Positions 7,475 to 16,330 of a stretch of 64,000 nucleotides of DNA are shown one piece after another. Position 1 is the stretch's first letter. Every line of letters begins with the position of its first letter. The translations under genes were made by a program, and so were the position numbers. A model generated the notes under the pieces. The model worked only from the letters and a program-made list of their open reading frames with translations, was not told the DNA's origin and did no database searches. The DNA is taken from contig CAWBJQ010000014.1 of the NCBI GenBank assembly GCA_963789075.1, positions 332,632-396,631 of the forward strand. Direction: 5' to 3'. Source of the stretch: an uncultured Acidobacteriota bacterium. Lineage in GTDB: Bacteria > Acidobacteriota > Vicinamibacteria > Vicinamibacterales > CAVVIG01.

Positions 7475-9722
7475 GTGCAACCCACCAGACCGCGCACTCT
7501 CATCGTACTCGGGGCCGTCGTCCTCGTCGCGGGCGGCGCGTCCGCCGTCCTCGTCGCGCAGCAGGGGCCCGCGCTTGCCAGGCTTCGCGCGCGCCGACGC
7601 TGCCACCGAGCTCGCCTGGGAGCAGAAGTTCCGCGCCATTCCGGAGCCCGATCGCGTCAAGGCGAACATGAAGCAGCTGTCCGCCGAGCCGCACCATATC
7701 GGCTCGCCGTACCAGAAGCAGAATTCTGAGTGGCTGCTGAAGCAGTTCAAATCGTTCGGGCTCGACGCGCACATCGAGGAGTTCGAGGTGCTGTTCCCGA
7801 CGCCGCTCGATCGCAAGGTGGAGCTCGTGTCGCCGGGGCACTACGAAGCGAAGCTGAAGGAGCCGGCCATTCCCGAGGATCCGACATCCGGCCAGGCCGG
7901 CCAGCTTCCGACCTACGTCGCCTACTCCGCGGACGGCGACGTCACCGCGCCGCTCGTTTACGCGAACTATGGCGTGCCCGACGACTACGAGCAGCTCGCG
8001 AAAATGGGCATCAGCGTGAAGGGGAAGATCGTCATCACACGCTACGGCAACAGCTGGCGCGGCATCAAGCCGAAGCTCGCGTACGAGCATGGCGCCGTCG
8101 GCTGCCTCATCTACTCCGATCCGCGCGACGATGGGTACTTCGAAGGCGACGTGTTCCCGAAAGGGCCGTATCGTCCCGAGCAGGGCGTGCAGCGCGGCAG
8201 CGTGATGGAGATGGAGAAGTATCCGGGCGATCCGGAAACGCCAGGCTGGGGCGCGACGCCCGGGTCGAAGCGGCTCGCGCTCAACGAGGTGACGAACCTT
8301 CAGAAAATTCCGGTGCTCCCGATCTCGTACGGCGACGCGGAGCCGCTGCTGAAGGCGCTCGCCGGGCCGATGGCGCCGGCCGACTGGCGCGGTGCGCTGC
8401 CGATCCCCTATCACGTCGGCCCGGGGCCGGCGACGGTGCACCTCGTCGTGAAATCGGCCTGGAACGTCGTGCCGGCGTACGACGTCATCGCGAAGATCGC
8501 CGGCAGCACGCTGCCGGATCAGTGGATCGTGCGCGGCAACCACTACGACGGCTGGGTGAACGGCGCTGCCGATCCGATCAGCGGCCAGTCGGCGCTGCTC
8601 GAGGAAGCGCGCGCGTACGGCGAGCTGCTCAAGCAGGGATGGAAGCCGAAGCGGACGATCATCTACTGCGCGTGGGACGGCGAAGAGCCGGCGCTGCTCG
8701 GCTCGACGGAATGGGCCGAAACGCACCACGACGAGCTGCAGCAGCACGGCGTGGTCTATATCAACTCGGACGGCAACGGGAAGGGGTATCTGAGCGCGGG
8801 CGGCAGCCACTCGCTCGAACACTTCGTCAACGAGATTGCGAAGGAGATCACCGATCCGGAAACCGGCCAGTCGGTCTGGACGAAGCTGCAGCAGCGCACC
8901 CTCGCGCGGGCGAAGACACCCGAAGCGAAGGCCGAGATGATGGACGGCGAAGACCTGCACATCGCCGCGCTCGGGTCGGGCTCGGACTACTCGCCCTTCC
9001 TGGATCACGACGGCGTGGCGTCGCTGTCGATCAGCTATGGCGGCGACGGTGGCGGCGGCGTGTACCACTCGATCTACGACGACTTCTACTGGTACTCGCA
9101 TTTCGGCGATACGACCTTCGTCTACGGCCGCGCGCTCGCGCAGACCTACGGCACGATGATCCTGCGGCTGGCCGACGCCGACGTGCTGCCGTTCCAGTTC
9201 TCGGACTTCGCCGAGACGGTGGCGAAGTACGAAGCGGAGCTGCGGAAGGCGACCGCCGGGCCGGCCGGCGCACCGGGCTTCGACTGGGTGCCGCTCACGC
9301 AGGCCGTCGCGTCGCTGCAGGCAGCCGCCGCGACCTACGATTCGACGATCGCGGCCGCCGAACGCGACGGGAGCATCTACAAGAAATCGGCGACCGATCT
9401 CGCGGCGCTCAACACCCTCCTGTACCAGAGCGAACAGAGGCTGCTGTCACCGGCGGGACTACCCGAGCGGCCGTGGTACCAGCACACAATCTACGCGCCG
9501 GGCTTCTACACGGGCTACGGCGTGAAGACGCTGCCGGGGGTGCGCGAAGCGCTCGAGCGCCACGACTGGAAGACGGCGGCGGAGCAATCGGCGGCGCTCG
9601 TGAAAGCACTCGCCGCGTATACCGCGCAGATCGCCGCGGCGACGGCGAAGGTCAGGGGTGAAGGCGACGAAGGCGGTAGCGCAGCGCGTCGGGACGAGTC
9701 GAAAGGGGCAGGGCAGCGCTAG
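7475..9722 (+). pseudogene. M28 family peptidase, PSMA/NAALADase (glutamate carboxypeptidase II)-like, N-terminal +1 frameshift (~7577)
   Basis: GTG 7475 follows AGGAGA and opens frame 2 with the signal anchor MQPTRPRTLIVLGAVVLVAGGASAVLVAQQGPAL. An extra base lies at ~7577. Frame 0 (ORF 7344..9722) then reads PGFARADAATELAWEQKFRAIPEPDRVKANMKQLSAEPHHIGSPYQKQNSEWLLKQFKSFGLD. It contains a PA domain, an M28 core (VRGNHYDGWVNGAADPISG...WDGEEPALLGSTEW) and a TFR-like dimerisation tail. Confidence 0.85.
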
Positions 9723-10511
9723 CGGGGTCGTGAGGTCGCGCCGGCGGAACATTGAATCGGATGGCGAATCCATCCGATTGTATTTGAGGAGCCAGTCGCG
9801 ATAGAGGGCCACCGTCGCGCTCGACGGTTCGGCCCCGAACGCGTGCTTCAGACGCCGCGCGCACACTTCGTACTGGTTCAGAGCGGAACGGGTCTGCCCG
9901 TTGCGCCAGTAGAGCACCATCAGGCGCCGGTGCACGTCTTCGTGAAGCGGTTCGAGCTCCAACAGCTTGATGGCGACGCGAATGGCGGCGGGAATATCGT
10001 TGCGGTCTTCGAGCGCCTTGAGCTGTGCCGCGCAGGCATCGATCGCCAGCTGCCGGAGCCGCGTTCGCTCATTCATCATCCATTCTTCGAAGGCCTCTTC
10101 CGGGATCACGAAGCCGTCGAGAAACGGCCCGCGATAGAGGTCGATGGCGCGCGGCAGCGCATCGGCACCAGGCTCAAGCAGCAGCCGCTGAAACTCCAAC
10201 ACGTCGACCCAGACGCAATGGTGGTCGACTCGAATTGCGTCGCTGATTGTCACCAGGCCGCCGGGGCCGCACGGAGCGAGGGCGCGTCGGACCTTCATGA
10301 GCGTCTGCCGCAGGCTGTGACGGCCTTGGCCGCGAGGCACATCGGCCCACAACAGCGAAACCAGCAATTCACGCCGAATTGAGCGGTCAGGGTCGAGCGA
10401 GGCGTAGGCGAGCACCGCTTCGCACTTGCGCGTTGGCAGTTGGATGAGGGTGCCAGTGGCGGATACCCGAGCCTCAAACCCGCCAAGGAGGCGTAGTTCG
10501 ATGACGGACAC
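9459..10511 (-). CDS. SARP (AfsR/DnrI/RedD)-type transcriptional regulator: OmpR-like wHTH plus BTAD domain; 3' end uncertain
   Basis: The start is GTG 10511. The supporting sequence is SVIELRLLGGFEARV...RKCEAVLAYASLDPDRSIRRELLVSLLWADVP...HSLRQTLMKVRRAL...AIDLYRGPFLDGF...ERTRLRQLAIDA...HEDVHRRLMVLYWRNGQTRSALNQYEVCARRLKHAFGAEPSSATVALYRDWL. Domain content ends near 9790. The remaining ~110 codons run antisense through the hairpin and 264 nt into the peptidase gene. They are probably not real; see finding. Confidence 0.75.
   Translation of the reverse strand: MSVIELRLLGGFEARVSATGTLIQLPTRKCEAVLAYASLDPDRSIRRELLVSLLWADVPRGQGRHSLRQTLMKVRRALAPCGPGGLVTISDAIRVDHHCVWVDVLEFQRLLLEPGADALPRAIDLYRGPFLDGFVIPEEAFEEWMMNERTRLRQLAIDACAAQLKALEDRNDIPAAIRVAIKLLELEPLHEDVHRRLMVLYWRNGQTRSALNQYEVCARRLKHAFGAEPSSATVALYRDWLLKYNRMDSPSDSMFRRRDLTTPLALPCPFRLVPTRCATAFVAFTPDLRRRRGDLRGIRGECFHERRRLLRRRLPVVALERFAHPRQRLHAVARVEARRVDCVLVPRPLG
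9755..9789. terminator. perfect 10-bp hairpin between or within convergent gene ends
   Basis: AATCGGATGG (9755-9764) pairs with CCATCCGATT (9770-9779) around the loop CGAAT. On the + strand GTATTTGAGG follows. It lies 33 nt after the peptidase stop (TAG 9720-9722). Confidence 0.45.
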
Positions 10512-10546
10512 GAGATGTCAGTAAGGAAACAATGTGCCGCTCTTTT

Positions 10547-10600
10547 TGACGCTATCGTGACGTCACTAATGACCCTCCCCTGACGCAGCTGCCTTATGCT
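10547..10600 (+). promoter_or_regulatory. four helically phased direct repeats TGACSY plus candidate -10 (TATGCT)
   Basis: The repeats are TGACGC at 10547, TGACGT at 10558, TGACCC at 10570 and TGACGC at 10581, with spacings of 11/12/11 nt. TATGCT (10595-10600) lies 7-8 nt after the last repeat. The array sits in the divergent SARP/histidine-kinase intergenic region. Confidence 0.4.
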
Positions 10601-10657
10601 GTTTGCGTCTTTCCACAAAACTTAGACGCACCCTTCTTTTTCTTCGAAAGGTGAAGT

Positions 10658-12061
10658 ATGCACATCGTCGAAGCTCAGCCATCAAACGTGCGCCGCGCCC
10701 CATCACACTGGACACGCGGCGGATTGCTGATGTTGACAGGGTCGACGGCCGCTTTCACCGCGCTGCGCTTCACAGCGCACCGGCGGGCGGCCGAAGCCGC
10801 ATTCCTGTCTCAGGCGAGCCTCGCGATCGGTCTGGAGCCGGACGCGCCGAGCGCGTTACGCGTGGCCGCGAAGCTGGCCGTGCCGACACTCGGCGACTGG
10901 GCCGCCATTGACTGGGCGAGCGGACCTGATGGGCTCGAACGCGTGGCAGACGCGGCCATCTCCAGTTGTGCCGCCCCCGCCGGCGGTGCCCTGGCCGAGC
11001 TCGCCCGGCGCGCGGCACTCCGCCGACTGCCCGAATATGGGACGACCAGCGCGCACCCGCAGGCCGCCGGCACCTGCGCCGCCGTTCCGATCGTCCGCCA
11101 ACACGCCGTCCTGGGCGTTCTGACGTGCGGAACATCCAGACCGCGCGGTTTCACGGCGCATCACATCGATACACTCGACGCGTACGCGCAGCGAATCGCT
11201 GCCGCCGTCCGTCCGTCGAGCGTGCGTGACGAAGCGGTCGACAGGCGCAAGCGCGACGAGGCGGTCGACTGGCGCAAGAACGACTCGACGCTCGCGATGC
11301 TGGCGCACGAGCTGCGGACGCCCGTGAGCGCCGTCCTGGGATGGATCAAGCTGCTGCAGAGCGGGCGCCTCAGTGGCGCGATGGCTTCACGCGCGCTCGC
11401 CGCCATCGAGCGTAGCGCCGAAACGCAGAGTCGTCTGGTCACAGACATGTTCGACCTGTCGCGAATCATGCTGGGGACGTACCGGGTCCGCCTCGAGCCC
11501 ATCGACATCACGACCCTCGCGCAGGCGTCGGTGGACGCGATTGCGCCGGCGGCATTCGCGCGCGGTCTCAAAGTCCGCTGCGTACTTCCTGGAGGCCCGG
11601 AATACGTGGACGGCGACGCAGCCCGCCTGCAGCAGGTGATCACCAACGTGCTCAGCAATTCGGTGAGCCACACGCCGCCCGGCGGACGCATCTCGCTCAC
11701 CATCGTGCCTGAAGCCGAGCGCATCACCCTGCGCGTCGTCGACAGCGGTGACGGGATTGCGCCGGAGTTGCTGCCGCACATCTTCGAACCGCTGATGCGG
11801 TCGCTGCACGGCGATCCGACGCACGACGGCGCGGGGCTCGGGCTCACGCTCGTCCGCCACATCGTCGAACTGCACGGCGGACAGGTCACTGCGGAAAGCG
11901 ATGGATGCGGCCGTGGCGCTGTCTTCACCCTGGCGTTGCCGCGTGGGTCCTCGCACGAAATCCGGCCAGCGCCGGTGGTCGCGGACAAGCAGGCTGTGGC
12001 TTGCTCCGGCGCGGCTTCCGTCTCGCGCCGAGCGTGGGCCGGCGGGATGATGCGGCGCTAG
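10658..12061 (+). CDS. cytoplasmic sensor histidine kinase (GAF-like N-domain, HisKA, HATPase_c)
   Basis: ATG 10658 follows AAGGTGA. The H-box is LAMLAHELRTPVSAVLGW, the N-box is QQVITNVLSNSVSHTPPGG and the G-boxes are VVDSGDGIAPELLPHIFEP...GAGLGLTLVRHIVELHGG. I saw no TM helices and no adjacent cognate receiver gene. Confidence 0.85.
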   Translation: MHIVEAQPSNVRRAPSHWTRGGLLMLTGSTAAFTALRFTAHRRAAEAAFLSQASLAIGLEPDAPSALRVAAKLAVPTLGDWAAIDWASGPDGLERVADAAISSCAAPAGGALAELARRAALRRLPEYGTTSAHPQAAGTCAAVPIVRQHAVLGVLTCGTSRPRGFTAHHIDTLDAYAQRIAAAVRPSSVRDEAVDRRKRDEAVDWRKNDSTLAMLAHELRTPVSAVLGWIKLLQSGRLSGAMASRALAAIERSAETQSRLVTDMFDLSRIMLGTYRVRLEPIDITTLAQASVDAIAPAAFARGLKVRCVLPGGPEYVDGDAARLQQVITNVLSNSVSHTPPGGRISLTIVPEAERITLRVVDSGDGIAPELLPHIFEPLMRSLHGDPTHDGAGLGLTLVRHIVELHGGQVTAESDGCGRGAVFTLALPRGSSHEIRPAPVVADKQAVACSGAASVSRRAWAGGMMRR

Positions 12062-12070
12062 GCAGCTAGC

Positions 12071-12090
12071 CTGGCGCGCTCGCCAGTTTT
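12071..12090 (+). terminator. intrinsic terminator after the histidine kinase gene
   Basis: CTGGCG (12071-12076) pairs with CGCCAG (12081-12086) around the loop CGCT. TTTT (12087-12090) follows, 10 nt after the stop at 12061. Confidence 0.45.
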
Positions 12091-12105
12091 CATCCGGCTT
12101 GGCGT

Positions 12106-12681
12106 TCAGCCACTCAGCGTCGATTCGATGCGGCGATCCGGAATCAGCCATATCAGCGCGACGCCGACGAAGATCGCGTCGGCGATCGCCTGGTGCAGAA
12201 ACGCCGACGGGATCGCGATCGCATACAGCGCGAGCGACACCTTGCTCTTGACGTCCTTGCCGACCGCCGCCGCCAGCCGCGAGTCCGGTCCCTGGTGGGC
12301 GACGATCCGCTTCCCCAGGATGGTGAACGCGACGGCCGACATGAAGAGCACGGCGCCGTAGACCGCCGTCGGCAGCGACGCGAACTGGTTCTCGCCCATC
12401 CAGCCCGTGACGAACGGCACCAGCGAGAGCCAGAACAGCAGGTGCAGATTGGCCCAGAGGATCGCGCCGTTGACGTGCTCGGTCAACTGGAGCATGTGGT
12501 GATGGTTGTTCCAGTAGATGCCGAGGAAGATGAAGCTGAGGATGTAGGTGAGAAAAACAGGAAGGAGCGGACCGAGCGCAGCCCAGTCCGCTCCGTGCGG
12601 CACTTTCAGATCGAGGACCAGGATCGTGATCAGGACGGCGAACACGCCGTCGCTGAACGCTTCGAGTCGGCCCTTGCTCAT
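12106..12681 (-). CDS. TMEM175 family potassium channel (DUF1211)
   Basis: ATG 12681 starts MSKGRLEAFSDGVFAVLITILVLDL, which carries the RxxxFSD signature helix. Six predicted TM helices follow, including IYWNNHHHML...LFWLSLVPF. Confidence 0.9.
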   Translation of the reverse strand: MSKGRLEAFSDGVFAVLITILVLDLKVPHGADWAALGPLLPVFLTYILSFIFLGIYWNNHHHMLQLTEHVNGAILWANLHLLFWLSLVPFVTGWMGENQFASLPTAVYGAVLFMSAVAFTILGKRIVAHQGPDSRLAAAVGKDVKSKVSLALYAIAIPSAFLHQAIADAIFVGVALIWLIPDRRIESTLSG

Positions 12682-12701
12682 CGATCACGATCCACCGTAC
12701 T

Positions 12702-15700
12702 TCATTTCTCGGGAATCGGCTCCATCCCCATCCGCTGCACGAGTCGGTTGAACGTCGGCAGATCCGTCGTCAGCGACTGCTGAAGCTTGTCGGTCTGCAC
12801 CTTCAGCTCAGCGGAGATGTCGTTGAAGATCGGCTGCACGTTGCCCAGCGGCCGGCCGTCGCCAGCCTCGACGACGCGCAGGAGCGAGGCAATGCGGTTG
12901 TTGATCTTGATCGGGAAGTTCAACGGATCCTCGTTGCTCCGATTCTGCACCTGATACACGTTCTCCTCGACGACGGTCAGGTTGCGCACGAGCCGGTTCG
13001 CGATCGCTTTCAGATCCGCGTCGTTCGACTTCGCCATCCGATCCGCCACTTCTTTCTTGATCCGGCGGATCTGAATGACCGCCTCGTTCGCTTCGTTCAC
13101 CTTGTCCCGAATCGCGCTGGCCAGCTCGAACTGCGCCTTCAGATCTTCGTCGGTGGCGGTGTAGAACGGATGCCGCTTCACGGCGAGCGGCTGCGTCATC
13201 GTGTGGCCGTCGACTGTGAGCCGCACCTGGTATTTGCCGGGCAGCGCCATCGGACCATTCGTCGTCGCGCCCCAGAGGACCATGCCCGGGAAGGTGGTCA
13301 CCGGCTGATACTGCAGGTCCCACGTGAACGTGTCGAGGCCGGCCTCGAGCGACGGCGCCGGCGGTCCGCCGCGCCGTCCCGTGTCCTCGTCCGGATCGGC
13401 CACAGCTTCGCCGGGCGCGCCGGCGACCGTCGTCGTACCGGTGGCGGCCGCCTCTCCACGGCCCGCGGGCTTCGGCGCACCCGTGAAGGTGCGGACCACC
13501 TGGCCGCTGCCGTCGAGGATTTCCAGCGTCAGCTTCTGCGCCGGCTTCGTCAACAGATACGCGAGGTGCGCGCCGCGCGTCGACCGCACCGCATCGTCAG
13601 GCTTGAAGAGATACGCATCGGTCATAGTCGTCAGACCGTACTGACGTAGCGGCGCGATGTTGTCGAGGACGTAGAAGCCGCGGCCGTGCGTCGCGATCGT
13701 GAGGTCGTCGGCTTCCACCCAGATGTCGGACACCTGCGTGTCGGGGAGGTTGAGCGAGAGCGACTGCCAGTGGTCGCCGTCGTCGTACGAGATGTAGATG
13801 CCGTGCTCGGTGCCCGCGTAGAGCAGTCCCTTGCGCGTTGGATCTTCGCGGACCGTGTGCGTGTAGTCGTTGGGCCGGATGCCGGTGACGATCTTCGTCC
13901 ACGTCTTCCCGAAGTCATGCGTGCGGAAGATGTAGGGCGAGAAGTCCTCGAGCAGCGGCTTCTTCACCGCGATGTACGCCGAGCCGGCGTCGAACGCGGA
14001 CGCGTCGATCTGGCTGACGCGGCCGAAGTCGGGCATGTCCTTCGGCGTGGCGTTCGCCCATGTCTTGCCGCCGTCGCGCGTTACGTGAACCAATCCATCG
14101 TCCGAGCCCGCCCAGACGATGTTGATGTCGGTTTTGCCTGGCCCGATCGAGAACACCGTGCCGTAGATCTCCGGGCTGTTCATGTCGTGCGTGATCGGAC
14201 CACCAGACGCCCCCATCGTCTTCGGATCGTGGCGCGTGAGATCGCCGCTGATCGCCGTCCAGTTCTGTCCCGCGCTCGTCGTCTTCCAGACGCGCTGCGA
14301 CGAGGTGTAGAGCACGTTGGGATCGACGGGCGAGAAGATCACCGGGTAGGTCCACTGCCAGCGCTCCTTCACTTCGTTGGACGCCTCGCCGGAGAAGAAG
14401 CGCGGGTACGCGCCGACTTCGCGCAGCTCGCCGGTGCGGCGGTTCAGACGGGTGAGGAAGGAGCCGTTGTTCGCGCCGGAGAAATAGACGTCGGGATCCT
14501 TCGGATCGGTGGCGATGTAGCCGGGCTCGCCGCCGCCCGCCTGGTACGGCGGCACGGGACCGCCGCGGCCGAAGCCGCGTCCGGCCGGCAGGTTCGTCGA
14601 GCTGTCGACGCACATCGTCGTGTTGTCCTGCTGCGCGCCGCACACGTGATACGGCACGTGCTTCGTCGTCATCACGTGGTAGAACTGGCCCGTCGCGAAA
14701 TCCTGATCGGTCCACGCCGGCGTCTTCGCGTCGATGTTGTAGCTGACCGCGCCGCCCCCGTCGTTGCCGATGACGACGTGCTTCGAGTCGTCCGGATCGA
14801 TCCACAGGTCGTGGTGATCGCCGTGCGTGCCGGTGCCGATGTTCCGCATGGTCTTGCCGCCGTCGTCCGAGCGGAACGCGCTGGTGTTCAGCATGTAGAC
14901 GACGTCTTTGTTGTTCGGGTCGGCGAAGATGTGGTTGAAATAGAACGGGCGCTGCCGGATGGCGTGCGAGACATTCATCAGCTTCCAGGTTGCGCCGCCG
15001 TCGTCCGTGCTGTAGAGGCCGCCGCTCTCGTTCTCGAGGAGGAGGTAGACGCGGTTCGAGTCGGCGCCGGAGATGCCGATCGTAATCTTGCCGTCGATGC
15101 CCTTGGGCAATCCCGGATTGTGCGTGATCTCCTGCCAGGTGTCGCCGCCGTCGGTCGACTTGAAAAGGCCGCTGCCCGGGCCGCCGCTCGACATCTGGTA
15201 CTCGACGCGGTACGCCTCCCACAACGCGGCGAACATCACGTTCGGGTTCTTGCGATCGATCGCGACGTCGACGGCGCCCGTCTTGCCGTTGCGGAAGAGC
15301 ACTTTCTTCCACGTCTTGCCGCCGTCGGCCGTCTTGAACACGCCGCGCTCGTCGCTGTCCTTGCCGTAGCGGCCGAAGTCGGCGACGAACGCGATGTCGG
15401 GATTGGTCGGGTGCACGCGGATTTTCGAGATCGCGTCGGAATCGGTGAAGCCGATGTGCGACCACGTTTTTCCAGCGTCAGTCGACTTGTACACGCCATC
15501 GCCCGGCTGTACGTTGCCGCGTATGCACGATTCGCCCATGCCGATGTAGACGACGTCGGGATTGGATTCGGAGACGGCGACCGCGCCAACCGAGCTGCTC
15601 GTCAGTTTTCCGTCGGTGACCGGCGCCCAGTTCTGGCCTCCGTCAGTGGTTTTCCAGAGGCCGCCGCCGACGGCGCCGAAGTATGCCTCTTTCGCGCGAC

Positions 15701-15911
15701 CCTTCACGCCGGACACGGCGATTGATCGGCCGCCGCGCTCGGGGCCGATGCTGCGCCACTGAAAGGCTTTGAGAATGGCCGGATCGAGGGTGTCTGCGGT
15801 TGCGGCCGGTTGGGCGGCCCGTTCGGCGCGGACCCCGAAATTCGCACCGGCGGAGAGGGCGAACACGGCCGCACAGGCCCAGAAGCGACGACGTCTGATG
15901 ATAGCGAACAT
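12702..15911 (-). CDS. sortilin/VPS10-type BNR (Asp-box) repeat beta-propeller protein, secreted (paralogue 1, long form)
   Basis: ATG 15911 follows GGGAGG; the track ORF starts upstream at an alternative codon, 15947. The signal peptide is MFAIIRRRRFWACAAVFALSAGA. Repeated S/TxDGGxTW Asp-boxes are present (TTDGGQNW, STDAGKTW, TADGGKTW, STDGGDTW, SDDGGKTM, TRDGGKTW). The C-terminal helical tail is QFELASAIRDKVNEANEAV... Confidence 0.9.
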   Translation of the reverse strand: MFAIIRRRRFWACAAVFALSAGANFGVRAERAAQPAATADTLDPAILKAFQWRSIGPERGGRSIAVSGVKGRAKEAYFGAVGGGLWKTTDGGQNWAPVTDGKLTSSSVGAVAVSESNPDVVYIGMGESCIRGNVQPGDGVYKSTDAGKTWSHIGFTDSDAISKIRVHPTNPDIAFVADFGRYGKDSDERGVFKTADGGKTWKKVLFRNGKTGAVDVAIDRKNPNVMFAALWEAYRVEYQMSSGGPGSGLFKSTDGGDTWQEITHNPGLPKGIDGKITIGISGADSNRVYLLLENESGGLYSTDDGGATWKLMNVSHAIRQRPFYFNHIFADPNNKDVVYMLNTSAFRSDDGGKTMRNIGTGTHGDHHDLWIDPDDSKHVVIGNDGGGAVSYNIDAKTPAWTDQDFATGQFYHVMTTKHVPYHVCGAQQDNTTMCVDSSTNLPAGRGFGRGGPVPPYQAGGGEPGYIATDPKDPDVYFSGANNGSFLTRLNRRTGELREVGAYPRFFSGEASNEVKERWQWTYPVIFSPVDPNVLYTSSQRVWKTTSAGQNWTAISGDLTRHDPKTMGASGGPITHDMNSPEIYGTVFSIGPGKTDINIVWAGSDDGLVHVTRDGGKTWANATPKDMPDFGRVSQIDASAFDAGSAYIAVKKPLLEDFSPYIFRTHDFGKTWTKIVTGIRPNDYTHTVREDPTRKGLLYAGTEHGIYISYDDGDHWQSLSLNLPDTQVSDIWVEADDLTIATHGRGFYVLDNIAPLRQYGLTTMTDAYLFKPDDAVRSTRGAHLAYLLTKPAQKLTLEILDGSGQVVRTFTGAPKPAGRGEAAATGTTTVAGAPGEAVADPDEDTGRRGGPPAPSLEAGLDTFTWDLQYQPVTTFPGMVLWGATTNGPMALPGKYQVRLTVDGHTMTQPLAVKRHPFYTATDEDLKAQFELASAIRDKVNEANEAVIQIRRIKKEVADRMAKSNDADLKAIANRLVRNLTVVEENVYQVQNRSNEDPLNFPIKINNRIASLLRVVEAGDGRPLGNVQPIFNDISAELKVQTDKLQQSLTTDLPTFNRLVQRMGMEPIPEK

Positions 15912-16016
15912 GAAGAAAACCTCCCTGGAGTGAGGAAAGTCTAACATTCCGGCCGGCGGCGTTGCGGCGTGTCTTTATTCGAAGACAATCGGCCATAAGG
16001 CGGGTATCCTCCCGCC

Positions 16017-16253
16017 ATGACCCAATGCTTGCGATGTGGCGGCGAGATGTCGGCAGGCGCGCTGTACTCCGCGGTGCGCACCTCCTTTCGCCCGCAGGAT
16101 TCAAAGTTTCTGACGCTCGAAACGGGCGACGTGATGACGAAGGCGGCGATGTGCCGCAGTTGCGGCGTGGTCGAGATCATCGGCGATGTGAACAAGCTGC
16201 GCCGGCTGACCAGCGATCCGGATTCGCAGACCGAGGGATTCATCGAGACGTGA
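16017..16253 (+). CDS. small zinc-ribbon-like hypothetical protein (78 aa)
   Basis: ORF 16017..16253 starts at ATG. The product MTQCLRCGGEM...CRSCGVVEI has two CxxC pairs. GC3-rich codon usage is consistent with coding. Confidence 0.5.
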   Translation: MTQCLRCGGEMSAGALYSAVRTSFRPQDSKFLTLETGDVMTKAAMCRSCGVVEIIGDVNKLRRLTSDPDSQTEGFIET

Positions 16254-16330
16254 GCGGCGCGGGCGCCTCCAAACCACGAAGGCCACGACGCCACGAAGAA
16301 AGGTTAGCGTTGACACTCGGAGGAAGATCG

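Noticed and set aside
7500-9101. Very long ORFs on the strand opposite to, or out of frame with, confidently identified genes. Examples are 7500..9101(-), 7730..9661(+), 13686..15725(+), 19986..21248(-), 23085..24782(-), 30619..32103(-), 42005..44314(-), 52285..53769(-) and 62294..63856(+).
   Set aside because: Their products are R/A/G/P/D-rich low-complexity translations with no family resemblance. They exactly shadow genes that have clear homology-type signatures. Stop-codon depletion in ~68% GC DNA produces such ORFs routinely.
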